A DNA stretch of 39,017 nucleotides from Candidatus Gottesmanbacteria bacterium RBG_16_52_11 (GTDB lineage: Bacteria; Patescibacteriota; Microgenomatia; UBA10105; UBA927), in contig MFJD01000008.1 in the NCBI GenBank assembly GCA_001779095.1, positions 1,873-40,889 on the forward strand, written 5' to 3'. This document shows positions 26,781 to 36,852 of the stretch, piece by piece. Made by a program: the position numbers and the translations under genes. Within the stretch, counting starts at the first letter, position 1. Each line of letters opens with the position of its first letter. The notes beneath the pieces are model-generated. The model saw nothing but the letters and a program-made list of their open reading frames with translations, did no database searches and was not told the origin of the DNA.

Positions 26781-29150
26781 TTGCTGGCAGGGTATTATTT
26801 TTGTATTTTCCCCCCGGAACAGGTATTCTCTGCATCATCATATGGTTGGACGAAATTGGTGACTGCACCAGACCAGCAGCATGTATCCGATGTTGCCGTA
26901 GACGCTTCGGGAAATGTCTATTTCACGGGGTCTTTTTACGGAACAGTGAATTTCAATCCTGCCGGTTCTGACGAGTACACGGCCAGCGGTGTCGGAGACG
27001 TATACATAACCAAATACAGCAGTGACGGTACCTATGATTGGACAAAAACGTACGGGGCCGGAGGCTCAGACAGTGGTAGCCATGTCGGGTTTGATAACTC
27101 CGGAAATATGTATTTGCTAGGCGGATTTTCAAATACCGTTGACTTCAATCCCGGAGGAGATGATGGAGTTCTGTCCGATGGCGGATCGCTTAAATCGTTT
27201 TTAATAAAATATACGATTGACGGTACTTTTGTCTGGGTAAAACTGCTGCAGGGCAGTAACCAATTTGAAATTGAAGTTTCAGGCAGTATTTTCTTGGTTG
27301 GTTCTTTTCAGGGCACTAAAGACTTCGATCTTGAGGGGACGGGGGACAGCCATTCGTCCGACAGCTCAACCCGTGACGCATTCATTACCAAACTGGATAC
27401 CGACGGAAACTATTTCTGGACAAAGACCTGGGGCAGCACGGGAGCAGATTATGCTTACAGCATATCTCTGGATAATTCAGAAAATATGTATATATCCGGC
27501 ACCTTTGTGGATACTGTTGACTTCGATCCCGGTAGCGGTACGGACAATCAAGTTTCACTTGGTTTAAGTGATGTATTTTTGACCAAATACAGTAGTGACG
27601 GTACTTATGATTGGACCAAAACGTACGGCACTGCCGACGATGAAAATATTTCCCAAAATTATCTTGCCGTAGAACCCGCCGGCAATTCGTATATTGGGGG
27701 ATATACGAGTCTTTCCGGAAGCTGCATGGCGCCACCGTGCAGCAGCGGATTTCTCCTGAAGTATGACAACGACGGTACACAGGTATGGACAAAGTCGTTC
27801 GACGGTGCCGACTCCAACGCCCCCGGTCCCGTAGCCGCGGACGCATCGGGAAACGTATATTTGGCCGGGTATTTCGGAGAGGGGCTTGACGATTCCGCTC
27901 CTTCTATAGACCTCAACCCCGACGGAACACCACAGGTCAGGACAGGAACCGGAGCCGAGGAAATTTTCCTGGTCAAATACAAGAATGACGGTACATTTGA
28001 TTGGGCTTATACTATTGGCGGCACTACGCCATGGGATCCGGACTGGGGTTATACCTTTTTTGAAACCGCTATACCCAACGACGTCACAGTCACCGACAGC
28101 GGTACCCTCTACATTACAGGTACCCTATCCTCGGGTACGGGCACAGGATTCGTGAAAGATCCGGATGATGTAACTCACACAATAAACGGTATAAACAGCG
28201 ATCTCGACGATTATTACAATGTAATCCTGACAAAAATTTCCGCTGCAGCTTCTCTTTCTGTCAGCTCATCTTCCATTTCCGACTTGCTTAACTCCAATGT
28301 CTTCGAAGCCCAGTCCGATACCGATACGGATGAAATCAACGTCAACCAGGACGTACGAATAACCGTATCATCGGGCAGCAATACCGATGAGGTGCTAATA
28401 AACGACGGTACGGTCATTTCCTCAACAGACGGCTTAAACATCAATCCGAGTCTGCTCGAGGTATCAATACCGGAATTAACACAAATGCAGAATTTAGGCA
28501 GCGACGATTCACTGATAGGGGCTCTGCAGTGGGGAATACCGAGTATCGGGTTACAGTTTAGTGAGCCTATAACAATAAAATCGTACGTCGGTACGCAGTA
28601 TGACGGTGAGACGCTGGAAATAAAAAGATCCATTTCCGGGACTTCGGAATGGACTACGGACGGCATTGTAGCACCCGGTACCTGTGTTGTAGATGATGGC
28701 TATTGTGAGTTCCAGACAACAAAGGCTTCATATTTTGCCGTATTAAGAAATAATGTAATTGAAGCGGCAGTATCGGGCAGTTCTTCAGGTGACGCTTATT
28801 CCTGCGGAGACGTGAAACCCATCGGTGTGCCGGATCTGTTTCAGATAGATACTTATAATGGAAAAGCAGCCCTTTATTTCACGCCGTTAGCGGACACCGA
28901 CAGATATTTTATATCTTTTTCGACCAAATCCTTTGCTGAAGAACACGGAGCGGACATTATTCTCGGTAATCTGGGAGTGCAGTTATTCGAAGCCAATTAT
29001 TTGACTCCTGACACAACATACTATTTTAAGGTACGGGGACAAAACGGCTGCATGCCCGGGGACTGGAGCACTACCATGAAAATTACAACTCCCAACAAGC
29101 ATAAAAAGACTCCAAGTATTTTCTACAAATATTCGTTTTTATTGTTATAA
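26781..29150 (+). CDS. Secreted SBBP-repeat beta-propeller surface protein with C-terminal fibronectin-III-like domain (true start may be upstream)
   Basis: Repeats of VAVDASGNVYFTGSF / TVDFDPG / DVFLTKYSSDG..W; C-terminal LTPDTTYYFKVRGQNGCMPGDWS. Confidence 0.85.
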   Translation: MLAGYYFCIFPPEQVFSASSYGWTKLVTAPDQQHVSDVAVDASGNVYFTGSFYGTVNFNPAGSDEYTASGVGDVYITKYSSDGTYDWTKTYGAGGSDSGSHVGFDNSGNMYLLGGFSNTVDFNPGGDDGVLSDGGSLKSFLIKYTIDGTFVWVKLLQGSNQFEIEVSGSIFLVGSFQGTKDFDLEGTGDSHSSDSSTRDAFITKLDTDGNYFWTKTWGSTGADYAYSISLDNSENMYISGTFVDTVDFDPGSGTDNQVSLGLSDVFLTKYSSDGTYDWTKTYGTADDENISQNYLAVEPAGNSYIGGYTSLSGSCMAPPCSSGFLLKYDNDGTQVWTKSFDGADSNAPGPVAADASGNVYLAGYFGEGLDDSAPSIDLNPDGTPQVRTGTGAEEIFLVKYKNDGTFDWAYTIGGTTPWDPDWGYTFFETAIPNDVTVTDSGTLYITGTLSSGTGTGFVKDPDDVTHTINGINSDLDDYYNVILTKISAAASLSVSSSSISDLLNSNVFEAQSDTDTDEINVNQDVRITVSSGSNTDEVLINDGTVISSTDGLNINPSLLEVSIPELTQMQNLGSDDSLIGALQWGIPSIGLQFSEPITIKSYVGTQYDGETLEIKRSISGTSEWTTDGIVAPGTCVVDDGYCEFQTTKASYFAVLRNNVIEAAVSGSSSGDAYSCGDVKPIGVPDLFQIDTYNGKAALYFTPLADTDRYFISFSTKSFAEEHGADIILGNLGVQLFEANYLTPDTTYYFKVRGQNGCMPGDWSTTMKITTPNKHKKTPSIFYKYSFLLL
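27009..27628 (+). repeat. 47-nt intragenic duplication (27009-27055 and 27582-27628)
   Basis: Both encode TKYSSDGTYDWTKTYG, with three synonymous differences. Confidence 0.85.
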
Positions 29151-29389
29151 AGACTCTGTTTTAATGATCAGTTAAGTCGGAATAATCTTTCCATAATAAC
29201 CGTACATCCGTTGCGCCGATCCCGTATCAGCACAAAAGCCGACGCACACCGGCAATTTCCTGTCCTCAGCAGGACGGAAAATCGTTTCATTTCCGTTCTT
29301 TTACTCCGTCCAGCCTCCTAACTGGTAAATACGGGCCATTATGAGAAAATACGACTGTGGCATAAAAACTCCCGGGTAATAAATTGCAT

Positions 29390-31369
29390 ATGGCCGGAAT
29401 TATTTTATTCAGGATACCGGAAACCGTCTGGTTTGTCCTGTTTGTGACACTGGTAATATATCTTCCGGGAAGATTCGTCAATTTAAGCCTGTCACTTAAA
29501 CCCAAATCTTACCTGCGCCCGTTTCTGGATTTCATGACCGGGATCGTCATGTTCACGCTAACGGCATATGCCTTCGCTTGGCTCAGGGCGGATTTCCTGA
29601 CGCCCGCCGCACTGATTGTGACCGCAGTTATCTCTGTTATCAGGTTTCCATTCGGCAGAATACGTCTTCCCCCGAATTTCTGGTACGTATTTACGTTTCT
29701 GATTGTGTGTGCCGTGCTTTTCAGTCTCCCGCTGACCCTGACCGGAAGGATCGGGGATACGTTTCTTCAAAGAGGTGACGATCTGGTCCATCTTTCCTAT
29801 ATCAACGAATTCAGATTTGCTTTCCCGCCGCAGAATCCGAATCTGGCCGGTACCAGGCTTCTCGGATATCATTTTTTCTATGATTTCCTGGTAGCCAGGA
29901 TTTCGGTAGTGTCGCATATTTCACCGCTGTCAGTTTATTATCAGCTGATGCCGCTGACGGTATCATTCCTTTGGGCTCTGGGGTCATATTCGCTGCTGAA
30001 ACAATGGGCAGGAAATAATGTTACGGCCGTTGCCGGAACGTTACTGATCATGTTCGGAGGGAGTTTCGGCTATATTCTCGGTTTCCTCGGTCATCCGGCT
30101 CCTGATTTAAGCAGCGTATTCGGCATTAACCAGCCGGCTTCGGCGCTCCTGAATGTTCCGTTTGCTTTTTCCGTCCCTCTCATCCTGTCTGTTATCGGAA
30201 TCCTTTTTGAATATTACCGGACCGGTAACCGGAATATTCCTTATCTGCTCATACCGGTTGTCGGAAGTTCCCCGATGTTCAAAATCTATGCCGCAATGAT
30301 TGTGTTTTCCGCAATGGGAATTTTTACCTTAATGGAATTATTCAGAGGTAATTACCGGATTCTGCTGGTCGATTTCGGAATAGCATTGACAGCCGGTCTG
30401 ACATACGGATTATTTTCCGTATCAGGATCGGGTCTCACCTACTACCCGCTTTGGCCGGTTTACCGGATGCTTGAGCTAAATCTTCCGTGGTACGGGTTTA
30501 CCGAAAAGATGTATACATTCACCCGGCTCCATGTCGTCCGGGGCATCATTTCGGTACATGCATACGGATTATTATTATTTTTCGTAGGCAATATAGGGAC
30601 AAGATTTATCGGAATTATACTCATATCCGCTTCGCATCTGGTCAAAAAAAAGCTGCCTTCACGTATTTCTGTGACAGTCATCACAATGGGTTTAGCATCG
30701 GTCGGGATACCCTTATTTTTCATCCAGACGATTAAAGGTTTTGAAATGATCCAAATGACATGGTACTATCCGTTATTCTGCTCCATTCCAGCTGCATTCG
30801 GTATCGGACTTCTGGCCGGAAAAAAATACCCCCTGAAATTCAGGGTTATCACCGGTTCGGTTTTATTTTTCCTAACGGTACCTTCAGCGTATGAAAATTA
30901 TGCCAGATTCATTTATCCGTTGCTATCAATCCCCAGGGTGAGTGTTAACAGTCCGGTCATGAAGGCTATGACATTTCTTCAAACACACGGAACATATGAT
31001 GATACGGTTCTGGAAATCCCCCCAAAGGATTTTAGCAGAGGACAGGATGTCGATAATTGGTACCGGAATGTCTCTACAATGTTTATTCCCGCCCTGGGCA
31101 ACAAGCGGGTTTATATTTCCGATCGGGATGTGGACTATCCGGGACTTGATGTAGGCACGCGGCTTAAGATTTTAGCACAGGTATTGGATTTAGAATTCGG
31201 ATATTCAGGCATTAACCGGTCAGATACGGTAAAAGAAACATACGGGGAGCTCAGGAAAGCCGGTATTAAATACATATATTCGCCGGGACCTCTGGCATCC
31301 TTAAAGGGACTGTCTCAAGCCAGTGAAGTTTTCGGTGAAGCGGGCTATTATATTTATGAGCTTCGTTAA
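29390..31369 (+). CDS. Polytopic membrane protein, probable GT-C-type glycosyltransferase
   Basis: Many TM helices; first loop GDDLVH..PPQNPNLAG..YHFFYD; soluble C-terminal domain. Confidence 0.65.
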   Translation: MAGIILFRIPETVWFVLFVTLVIYLPGRFVNLSLSLKPKSYLRPFLDFMTGIVMFTLTAYAFAWLRADFLTPAALIVTAVISVIRFPFGRIRLPPNFWYVFTFLIVCAVLFSLPLTLTGRIGDTFLQRGDDLVHLSYINEFRFAFPPQNPNLAGTRLLGYHFFYDFLVARISVVSHISPLSVYYQLMPLTVSFLWALGSYSLLKQWAGNNVTAVAGTLLIMFGGSFGYILGFLGHPAPDLSSVFGINQPASALLNVPFAFSVPLILSVIGILFEYYRTGNRNIPYLLIPVVGSSPMFKIYAAMIVFSAMGIFTLMELFRGNYRILLVDFGIALTAGLTYGLFSVSGSGLTYYPLWPVYRMLELNLPWYGFTEKMYTFTRLHVVRGIISVHAYGLLLFFVGNIGTRFIGIILISASHLVKKKLPSRISVTVITMGLASVGIPLFFIQTIKGFEMIQMTWYYPLFCSIPAAFGIGLLAGKKYPLKFRVITGSVLFFLTVPSAYENYARFIYPLLSIPRVSVNSPVMKAMTFLQTHGTYDDTVLEIPPKDFSRGQDVDNWYRNVSTMFIPALGNKRVYISDRDVDYPGLDVGTRLKILAQVLDLEFGYSGINRSDTVKETYGELRKAGIKYIYSPGPLASLKGLSQASEVFGEAGYYIYELR

Positions 31370-31610
31370 AGCCATCCATAAATGTTAACAACGGTGCCGA
31401 ACCTGAGGTTTTTAAGAACATCGGATCGCAGGTTACTTGGCACAGCTGGTCACTGCGTTTCTTTACACATACAAAAACCCGGGGTACGAATCCCACCGCA
31501 CTCAACGTGCCATATTACCGGTTCAGAATTTCCGGATATGGCGGAAATATTTAAGGTAATCAATAATTACCGCTTGAAAATTTTTATAATTTGTAATATG
31601 AATAATACTA

Positions 31611-32987
31611 ATGTTCCGTAAAATTATCAGCACACTCATTACTACCCTCGCAATTCTTTTTATAGGGTCATCAGTTTACGCGCAGACTGCGACCCACGTG
31701 CTGTACGATGATGCACTCCGGAATTCCTGGGTGTCCTGGTCATGGGGTAGTACCGTTAATTTCAATGACACATCGAAGCCCTTAGCCGGTACCAATAACA
31801 TCCGCTGGACAGTAAACAGCGGGTATGCCGGTCTGTACCTGCATAAGGATGGCGGTGTGAATACCTCGGGCTTTTCATCCGTCAGGTTCGCGGTTCAGTC
31901 AGGACAGTCGGGGGACGAATTGTCGGTACTTGCATACGGGGCAAACGACCGGGAAATCGGTCCGCAGCTTTTTCTCACCAATTACGGAGGGAATCCCGTA
32001 ACGGGAAGTTATAAACAGTATGCGATACCGTTGGCTGATCTGGGAGCCGCCAATACACAGCTGTACGGGTTTCAGATCGAGGACGAGACCGGCTCCTCCC
32101 GGCCGGCCATATTCGTCGATTCAGTCGAACTCGCCGGAACCGGCGGCATTGCGCCTACACCGACTCCGACGCCGGCCTCCGGACCTACTCCGACGCCCAC
32201 CCGGACGCCGACACCTGCCCGGACACCGACGCCCACCCGGACGCCGACTCCGGGAATCACTAATACTCCGGTTCCGACACCGGTGGTATCGGCAACGCCT
32301 TCACCCACCCCGCAGCCTGGTAACGGCTTCAACCGCGCCGTTGTGAGCCTTACATTCGATGACGCATCCAAAACCCAATATACGAACGGCTGGCCGGTAC
32401 TTTCAAAATACGGATTCCGGGCGACTTTTTACCTGACTACCGGCAGCCTGGACGGCTACTGGTATATGACACCGGCCATGGTTGTCGCTTTGGCAAACTC
32501 AGGTAATCATATGGGGAGTCACACCATCAACCATCCGGATCTGACAACTCTGACTTACAACCAGGTCGAAAACCAGCTCAGCCAGCCGAAAAACTACCTG
32601 GAAAATCTGCTGGGTGTGGCAGTTAACGATTTCGCAACTCCTTACGGCAGTTATAACGCGATAGTGCTGTCACAGATTATGCGTTATAACCGGTCACACC
32701 GGACCGTAACCAGCGGGTACAATACCAAAAACGGGATGAATTTTTCGCTGCTTAAAGTTCAGAATGTCCTTCGGTCAACGTCCGCCACCCAGATCACCAA
32801 CTGGGTCAATCAGGCCAAATCTGACCGGAGCTGGCTGATTCTGGTATATCATGAGGTGAAACCGAGTCCCTCGCAATGGGATGTAACCTCTGCCACGCTG
32901 GATAGCCACCTGAATGCCCTTAAAAATTCGGGCGCCGCGGTCGTTACGGTCGGACAGGCGATAGCCGAAATATCCCCCCAACTTTAA
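31611..32987 (+). CDS. Secreted polysaccharide deacetylase (CE4/NodB) with N-terminal carbohydrate-binding-like module and Pro/Thr linker
   Basis: Signal peptide VYA|Q; [26 protein letters not shown]. Confidence 0.9.
   Translation: MFRKIISTLITTLAILFIGSSVYAQTATHVLYDDALRNSWVSWSWGSTVNFNDTSKPLAGTNNIRWTVNSGYAGLYLHKDGGVNTSGFSSVRFAVQSGQSGDELSVLAYGANDREIGPQLFLTNYGGNPVTGSYKQYAIPLADLGAANTQLYGFQIEDETGSSRPAIFVDSVELAGTGGIAPTPTPTPASGPTPTPTRTPTPARTPTPTRTPTPGITNTPVPTPVVSATPSPTPQPGNGFNRAVVSLTFDDASKTQYTNGWPVLSKYGFRATFYLTTGSLDGYWYMTPAMVVALANSGNHMGSHTINHPDLTTLTYNQVENQLSQPKNYLENLLGVAVNDFATPYGSYNAIVLSQIMRYNRSHRTVTSGYNTKNGMNFSLLKVQNVLRSTSATQITNWVNQAKSDRSWLILVYHEVKPSPSQWDVTSATLDSHLNALKNSGAAVVTVGQAIAEISPQL
32152..32315 (+). 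repeat. Pro/Thr linker-encoding low-complexity repeats
   Basis: ccgacgcccacccggacgccgac at 32190-32212 and 32226-32248. Confidence 0.8.
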
Positions 32988-33052
32988 CTACACGGTAAAT
33001 ACCCGGGAACGATGAGACCGCTTTGGATTGACTGATTTGGTATGATACTGGC

Positions 33053-33427
33053 ATGTATGAATTTCTGGAGGAAATCCGGGACGAAGCGGAGGATTTTTTT
33101 GAAGATATATGGGAATACTTCCTGCACCGGAAACACCCGAAAGTCCGGAAAATCAGGCAGGTTGAGGTTAATGGAGTCCTGACGAAAGTCCGCCCGGCTT
33201 ACCTGTTTGCCGAACGGATCGACAACCTGCTTAAGATGGTTTTCGCGGCATCGATCACGTTTTCCGCATTCATGGCTTCATATCTGGGTTATACCAAACT
33301 TTCTGACCTTCTGGACGTCCTGATCCGGACCTTTGCCGGGCGCATACTGATGATTGTCATCGGTGTCAGCATGCTGCTTTCATCTTTCTGGAAGCTAATA
33401 AACCTCAGGGCTGCTGATACAGCTTGA
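33053..33427 (+). CDS. Hypothetical membrane protein
   Basis: Acidic N-terminus, two TM helices; TGGTATGAT 6 nt before ATG. Confidence 0.75.
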   Translation: MYEFLEEIRDEAEDFFEDIWEYFLHRKHPKVRKIRQVEVNGVLTKVRPAYLFAERIDNLLKMVFAASITFSAFMASYLGYTKLSDLLDVLIRTFAGRILMIVIGVSMLLSSFWKLINLRAADTA

Positions 33428-33461
33428 TATTTCCCCGGATACCGTCATTACGCTTATAAAT

Positions 33462-33650
33462 TCAGGTTTTTTCGGACGGAATGATTATCCAGCAGATGAT
33501 ATAAGGCAGTAGTCCGGGAATTCCGCCGGGGACTAGCGCCAGAAACCAAAGTATCCGGACAACCGATACGTCGATCCGGAAATAATCGGCAAATGCCAGA
33601 CAGACACCCGCCACCTTTCTGCCCCTCGCCGGACGTATAAGTTTTTTCAT
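33462..33650 (-). CDS. PspC domain protein
   Basis: KKLIRP..RKVAGVCLAFADYFRIDVSVVR..YIICWIIIP. Confidence 0.93.
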   Translation of the reverse strand: MKKLIRPARGRKVAGVCLAFADYFRIDVSVVRILWFLALVPGGIPGLLPYIICWIIIPSEKT

Positions 33651-33684
33651 ACAGGTTCAGTATACACGACGGTTTTCGGCCATA

Positions 33685-34482
33685 CTACCTTACGCAAATG
33701 AAACTGCCGACAATTGAAATTTCGGATAATGACGCGTCGCGGCTCACGAATGCCGATGCGCTACCGCCGTCAAGATTGACTGCAGAAACAAAACGCCGGG
33801 ATTCCTGGATGCCGATATCATAGATTACTCCAGGCAGTTCCCCTAAAAGAGGGCCGGAATACATCTGCGTGCTGCCGAAAACCGATAGGAGAATCAGCTG
33901 ACCGTTATTATCAACTGCTGCAACGCTGCGCCTGGATGGCTCATCATTACGGATGATTAGCGGCAGCCGGCTTTCCTGACTTAGTAAAATCGGGCCGGTC
34001 TGGAAAGCCCAATCGACCGGATCCTCCGGCAATTCACTACCTATGCCGTGAATGTCGCCGCTTCGCCAGATATATCCGTTAATCAGCTGGTTAGATTGCG
34101 GGGACGATAGGATATCCGGTCCTGCAGCAAAGTATCCCAGGGGTTTATGGTCGGTAGTATAGAATCCTCCGTTGATGAGTATTTTACAGTTGTACGTCTC
34201 CCGGATCCGTGCGCTTGAGGAAGCCTGCCGGAAGTTGGGTATCAGGATGGTGTCCGCGTCTCTTCCGGCTGCCGCCAGAGCAAATGACCATATAGTACCG
34301 GCAAGCACCCGTCCGGCCGGAATCGGTATTTCCGTCACCGCCGGTTGTGCTGTAGCTGCGGACTCAGGGGGAACGCCCGGTGCAGATACTGAAAAGAAAC
34401 GGATCACAAAAAAAAATATTACCGGAATCAGAATAAGCAGCAGATATTTCAGGGTTTTCTCCGTTCCCGGCGTTTCCGCCAA
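33685..34482 (-). CDS. Phosphodiester glycosidase (NAGPA/DUF2233-like), membrane-anchored
   Basis: INGGFY, QTGPIL, RRSVAA, AVNLDGGSAS; TTG start uncertain. Confidence 0.85.
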   Translation of the reverse strand: MAETPGTEKTLKYLLLILIPVIFFFVIRFFSVSAPGVPPESAATAQPAVTEIPIPAGRVLAGTIWSFALAAAGRDADTILIPNFRQASSSARIRETYNCKILINGGFYTTDHKPLGYFAAGPDILSSPQSNQLINGYIWRSGDIHGIGSELPEDPVDWAFQTGPILLSQESRLPLIIRNDEPSRRSVAAVDNNGQLILLSVFGSTQMYSGPLLGELPGVIYDIGIQESRRFVSAVNLDGGSASAFVSRDASLSEISIVGSFICVR

Positions 34483-35207
34483 ATTGGCGTATCGATAAGC
34501 GGAGCATACAGGTCCTGAGCCGGTGATATAGTAAGTTCCTTAATTTCCCCGGCTGTCGGCGGCAGGTCATTGAAACTGACACCCGGAATGTCGCTAATGA
34601 GTGCCAGCGGAGTCCGTTCGTTTCCTTCACCCATTACCGTTACCGCGGCGGCAGCCAGGCCGTCCAGCATGCTCGCTTTCGTGACCCGGAGCACCTGCCC
34701 GAACAGGTCGGGCGCTCCGATATAGTTTTTCAGAGGTATAAATCCGCACCAGGACAGTCCGAATCCGGTTGTGCCCCATCTTAAAGGCAGCACCCGGCTG
34801 TCGGTGATGATGACACCGGTCCGGGACTGTGGGAATTTCGACCTGAGAACTGCCCAAATATTCCGGGCGCTTTTAAAAGGATCATCAGGCCAGAGGATAT
34901 AGGAGCCGTTGCCGTTGGACTCGTCAATCCCGGCATTCGGTATCAGAATATTGCTTTTCACCGTGAGTACCAATCCGAAGCGCCTGCTAGAGGGCGTGTC
35001 GATATAATAATCTGCTTCGCGTTTGGCCAGGTTTATCTTATCTTCCCGCCGGCCGGCAGGTGCTATCCGGTTTTCAGTCAGGCTGACGATTTTTGAAGTC
35101 ACGGCGAGGATGCTGCGGTCGGGCATGCCGGTTACGAACCGGTTTATGATCCCCTCCATCAGGTCACCGGGGAGGATAATACCGGTCCGGATCGGTTCAA
35201 TTTGCAT
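34449..35207 (-). CDS. CofE-like (F420-0:L-glutamate ligase family) gamma-glutamyl ligase
   Basis: VTSKIVS..E, PNAGIDESN, GVIITDS..PLRWG, DLFG, MGEGNERTP. Confidence 0.9.
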   Translation of the reverse strand: MQIEPIRTGIILPGDLMEGIINRFVTGMPDRSILAVTSKIVSLTENRIAPAGRREDKINLAKREADYYIDTPSSRRFGLVLTVKSNILIPNAGIDESNGNGSYILWPDDPFKSARNIWAVLRSKFPQSRTGVIITDSRVLPLRWGTTGFGLSWCGFIPLKNYIGAPDLFGQVLRVTKASMLDGLAAAAVTVMGEGNERTPLALISDIPGVSFNDLPPTAGEIKELTISPAQDLYAPLIDTPIWRKRRERRKP

Positions 35208-35250
35208 ACGGCTGCCCTGATTATACCGTATGAGCTGTGTGAGAAGGGTA

Positions 35251-35718
35251 TTACCGGTTGCGGGTGGATTTCCGGATCAGTTTGGCGACGTAGACTATTT
35301 CGCGGACCGTGCCGTCATCGGTTTCGATTTCATTTGAACCGCTCAGGCGCTGGTATTCCCGGAGGTAATCGGAAAGCGCCATATCCATTTCCTTAATTTC
35401 GCCCGACAATTCCTTGACCTTTTCGTTGATTTTGACGTTGGCCTGCTGTTTCAGGATTTCGGACCGGGTGGCATTGCGGATTTTCACCGCTTTTTTCACT
35501 TCATCGTCCTGGCCGGTATAAGTTTCGTCGTTGGCAAGTGCAGATGCGAGCATTTCCCGGTGTTTTCTGAGTTCCGATTTCCGTTTATCGATTCCGGTGA
35601 TGTGGCTTTTAATCATCGATTCCAGGTCGGTCAGCACGACTCCGGCTGCGTTAGCGCTTTCCGGAGGACCGGCGACGATATCGGCCTCTTCAACTTCGGA
35701 TCGGATCGTATCAGCCAT
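35251..35718 (-). CDS. Hypothetical coiled-coil protein
   Basis: 155-aa ORF with coiled-coil pattern; TATAGT 7 nt upstream of ATG. Confidence 0.8.
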   Translation of the reverse strand: MADTIRSEVEEADIVAGPPESANAAGVVLTDLESMIKSHITGIDKRKSELRKHREMLASALANDETYTGQDDEVKKAVKIRNATRSEILKQQANVKINEKVKELSGEIKEMDMALSDYLREYQRLSGSNEIETDDGTVREIVYVAKLIRKSTRNR

Positions 35719-35744
35719 ATATTAGACTATAGTAAATTCCCACT

Positions 35745-36377
35745 GTGAAAAGCAAGAGGGATCTGCATATACTTGGAGTGGTATCCGGTATGGACTTCTT
35801 TGAAATCGATTTCTACGGTTATCGCCGGCGGCTACCGCTGACGAATATCAGTTCGGATAAACAGATTGCCACTTTTACCATCATCGGTGATGTGGAATTC
35901 ACCGAAAAAGCCGGACAGGAACTGGAAAAGATACTTCATCAGCAGAATTTAGTCCCTGATTGTTTCGTCGGCCCGGGCACGAATATCGTAAATTTTGTCC
36001 ATCATATGGCCAAACGGGCCGGACACGCACGGTATGTATGCCTGCGGAAATCCATTCGTAATTACATGACAACACCGGAGGTGCAGCTGCCGTGGCGCAG
36101 CGCCCCAAAACATGCCAGGAAGCTGGTAATCAACGGTACCGACGCTGCATACCTGAAGGGGAAAAACGTCGTGCTTCTCGACGATGTTGTATCAACCGGA
36201 GCCACTATGAAAATGTTAAGCCTGCTGATGGAAAAGATCGGTGCCCGGGTGCTCGCACAATGTGCGATATTCAAACAGGGGGATCGTAAATCCGACCGGC
36301 TTATATATTTAGCCATACTGCCGATATTTGTACGGACCAGGACCGGCCTGAAAAAGCTATTGACAGAGGAACGGTAA
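35745..36377 (+). CDS. Type I phosphoribosyltransferase (adenine PRT-like)
   Basis: PRPP motif VVLLDDVVSTGAT; CLRKS; start GTG 35745 or ATG 35790. Confidence 0.9.
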   Translation: MKSKRDLHILGVVSGMDFFEIDFYGYRRRLPLTNISSDKQIATFTIIGDVEFTEKAGQELEKILHQQNLVPDCFVGPGTNIVNFVHHMAKRAGHARYVCLRKSIRNYMTTPEVQLPWRSAPKHARKLVINGTDAAYLKGKNVVLLDDVVSTGATMKMLSLLMEKIGARVLAQCAIFKQGDRKSDRLIYLAILPIFVRTRTGLKKLLTEER

Positions 36378-36388
36378 GGGTTTACTGT
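36360..36388 (+). promoter_or_regulatory. sigma70 promoter of the ECF operon
   Basis: TTGACA-17 nt-TACTGT overlapping the PRTase 3' end. Confidence 0.55.
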
Positions 36389-36556
36389 GGGATTAATAGC
36401 GCAATAGTCTCTATCGTTTGCCGGAGACCGATATTAAATCCAAATGGCAACGACACTACACTATCGTCAGTGTAATAAATCAAGTAGTGTCATAACCTGC
36501 CTCAAAAGTCTTCACAAGTTTACGTTTTCGTTTATAACTGTTCTTCTTTGTTCCCG

Positions 36557-36748
36557 GCATCGTCCTTATCGGCGGTTACCTCCCTATGTGCAGGGTGTTA
36601 AACCGTTATCCCGATTTTAACCGGACTGATGCGGCACTTTAACAAGTTGAAGACTGATAATAAGCCGTAAACGTACCTGTTCCGGTTACGGAATAAACAG
36701 CAGCAGCATGCCCGGTTTTTCCGGCGGATGTGCTCCTGTTGTTTATTC
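36557..36748 (+). ncRNA. Candidate cis-regulatory leader RNA (riboswitch-like, unassigned)
   Basis: Several nested stems and a long 3' hairpin in a ~475-nt gap before a transporter. Confidence 0.45.
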
Positions 36749-36852
36749 TATAACGCATATACGAAAGTGAGGTGCTTATACGGTTAAATATTATTCTAAG
36801 GCCCAAAAGCAAGTTACCTTATCCGACTTAATTCGCATGTGGAGGCATTCAA

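Noticed and set aside
29256-29275. Hammerhead ribozyme from minus-strand CTGAGGA..GAAA
   Set aside because: No room for stem II between the core motifs.
34475-34491. TCCGCC-aaatt-GGCGTA as another copy of the tRNA-associated hairpin
   Set aside because: Imperfect, inside overlapping coding sequence and without tRNA flanks; probably chance.
36566-36664. SAM-I, purine or TPP riboswitch (TTATC..GATAA, nearby CCGTAAA)
   Set aside because: Conserved cores (AGA/GCAACC, TTTCTACC, CTGAGA plus CCTGAT) are absent or out of order.
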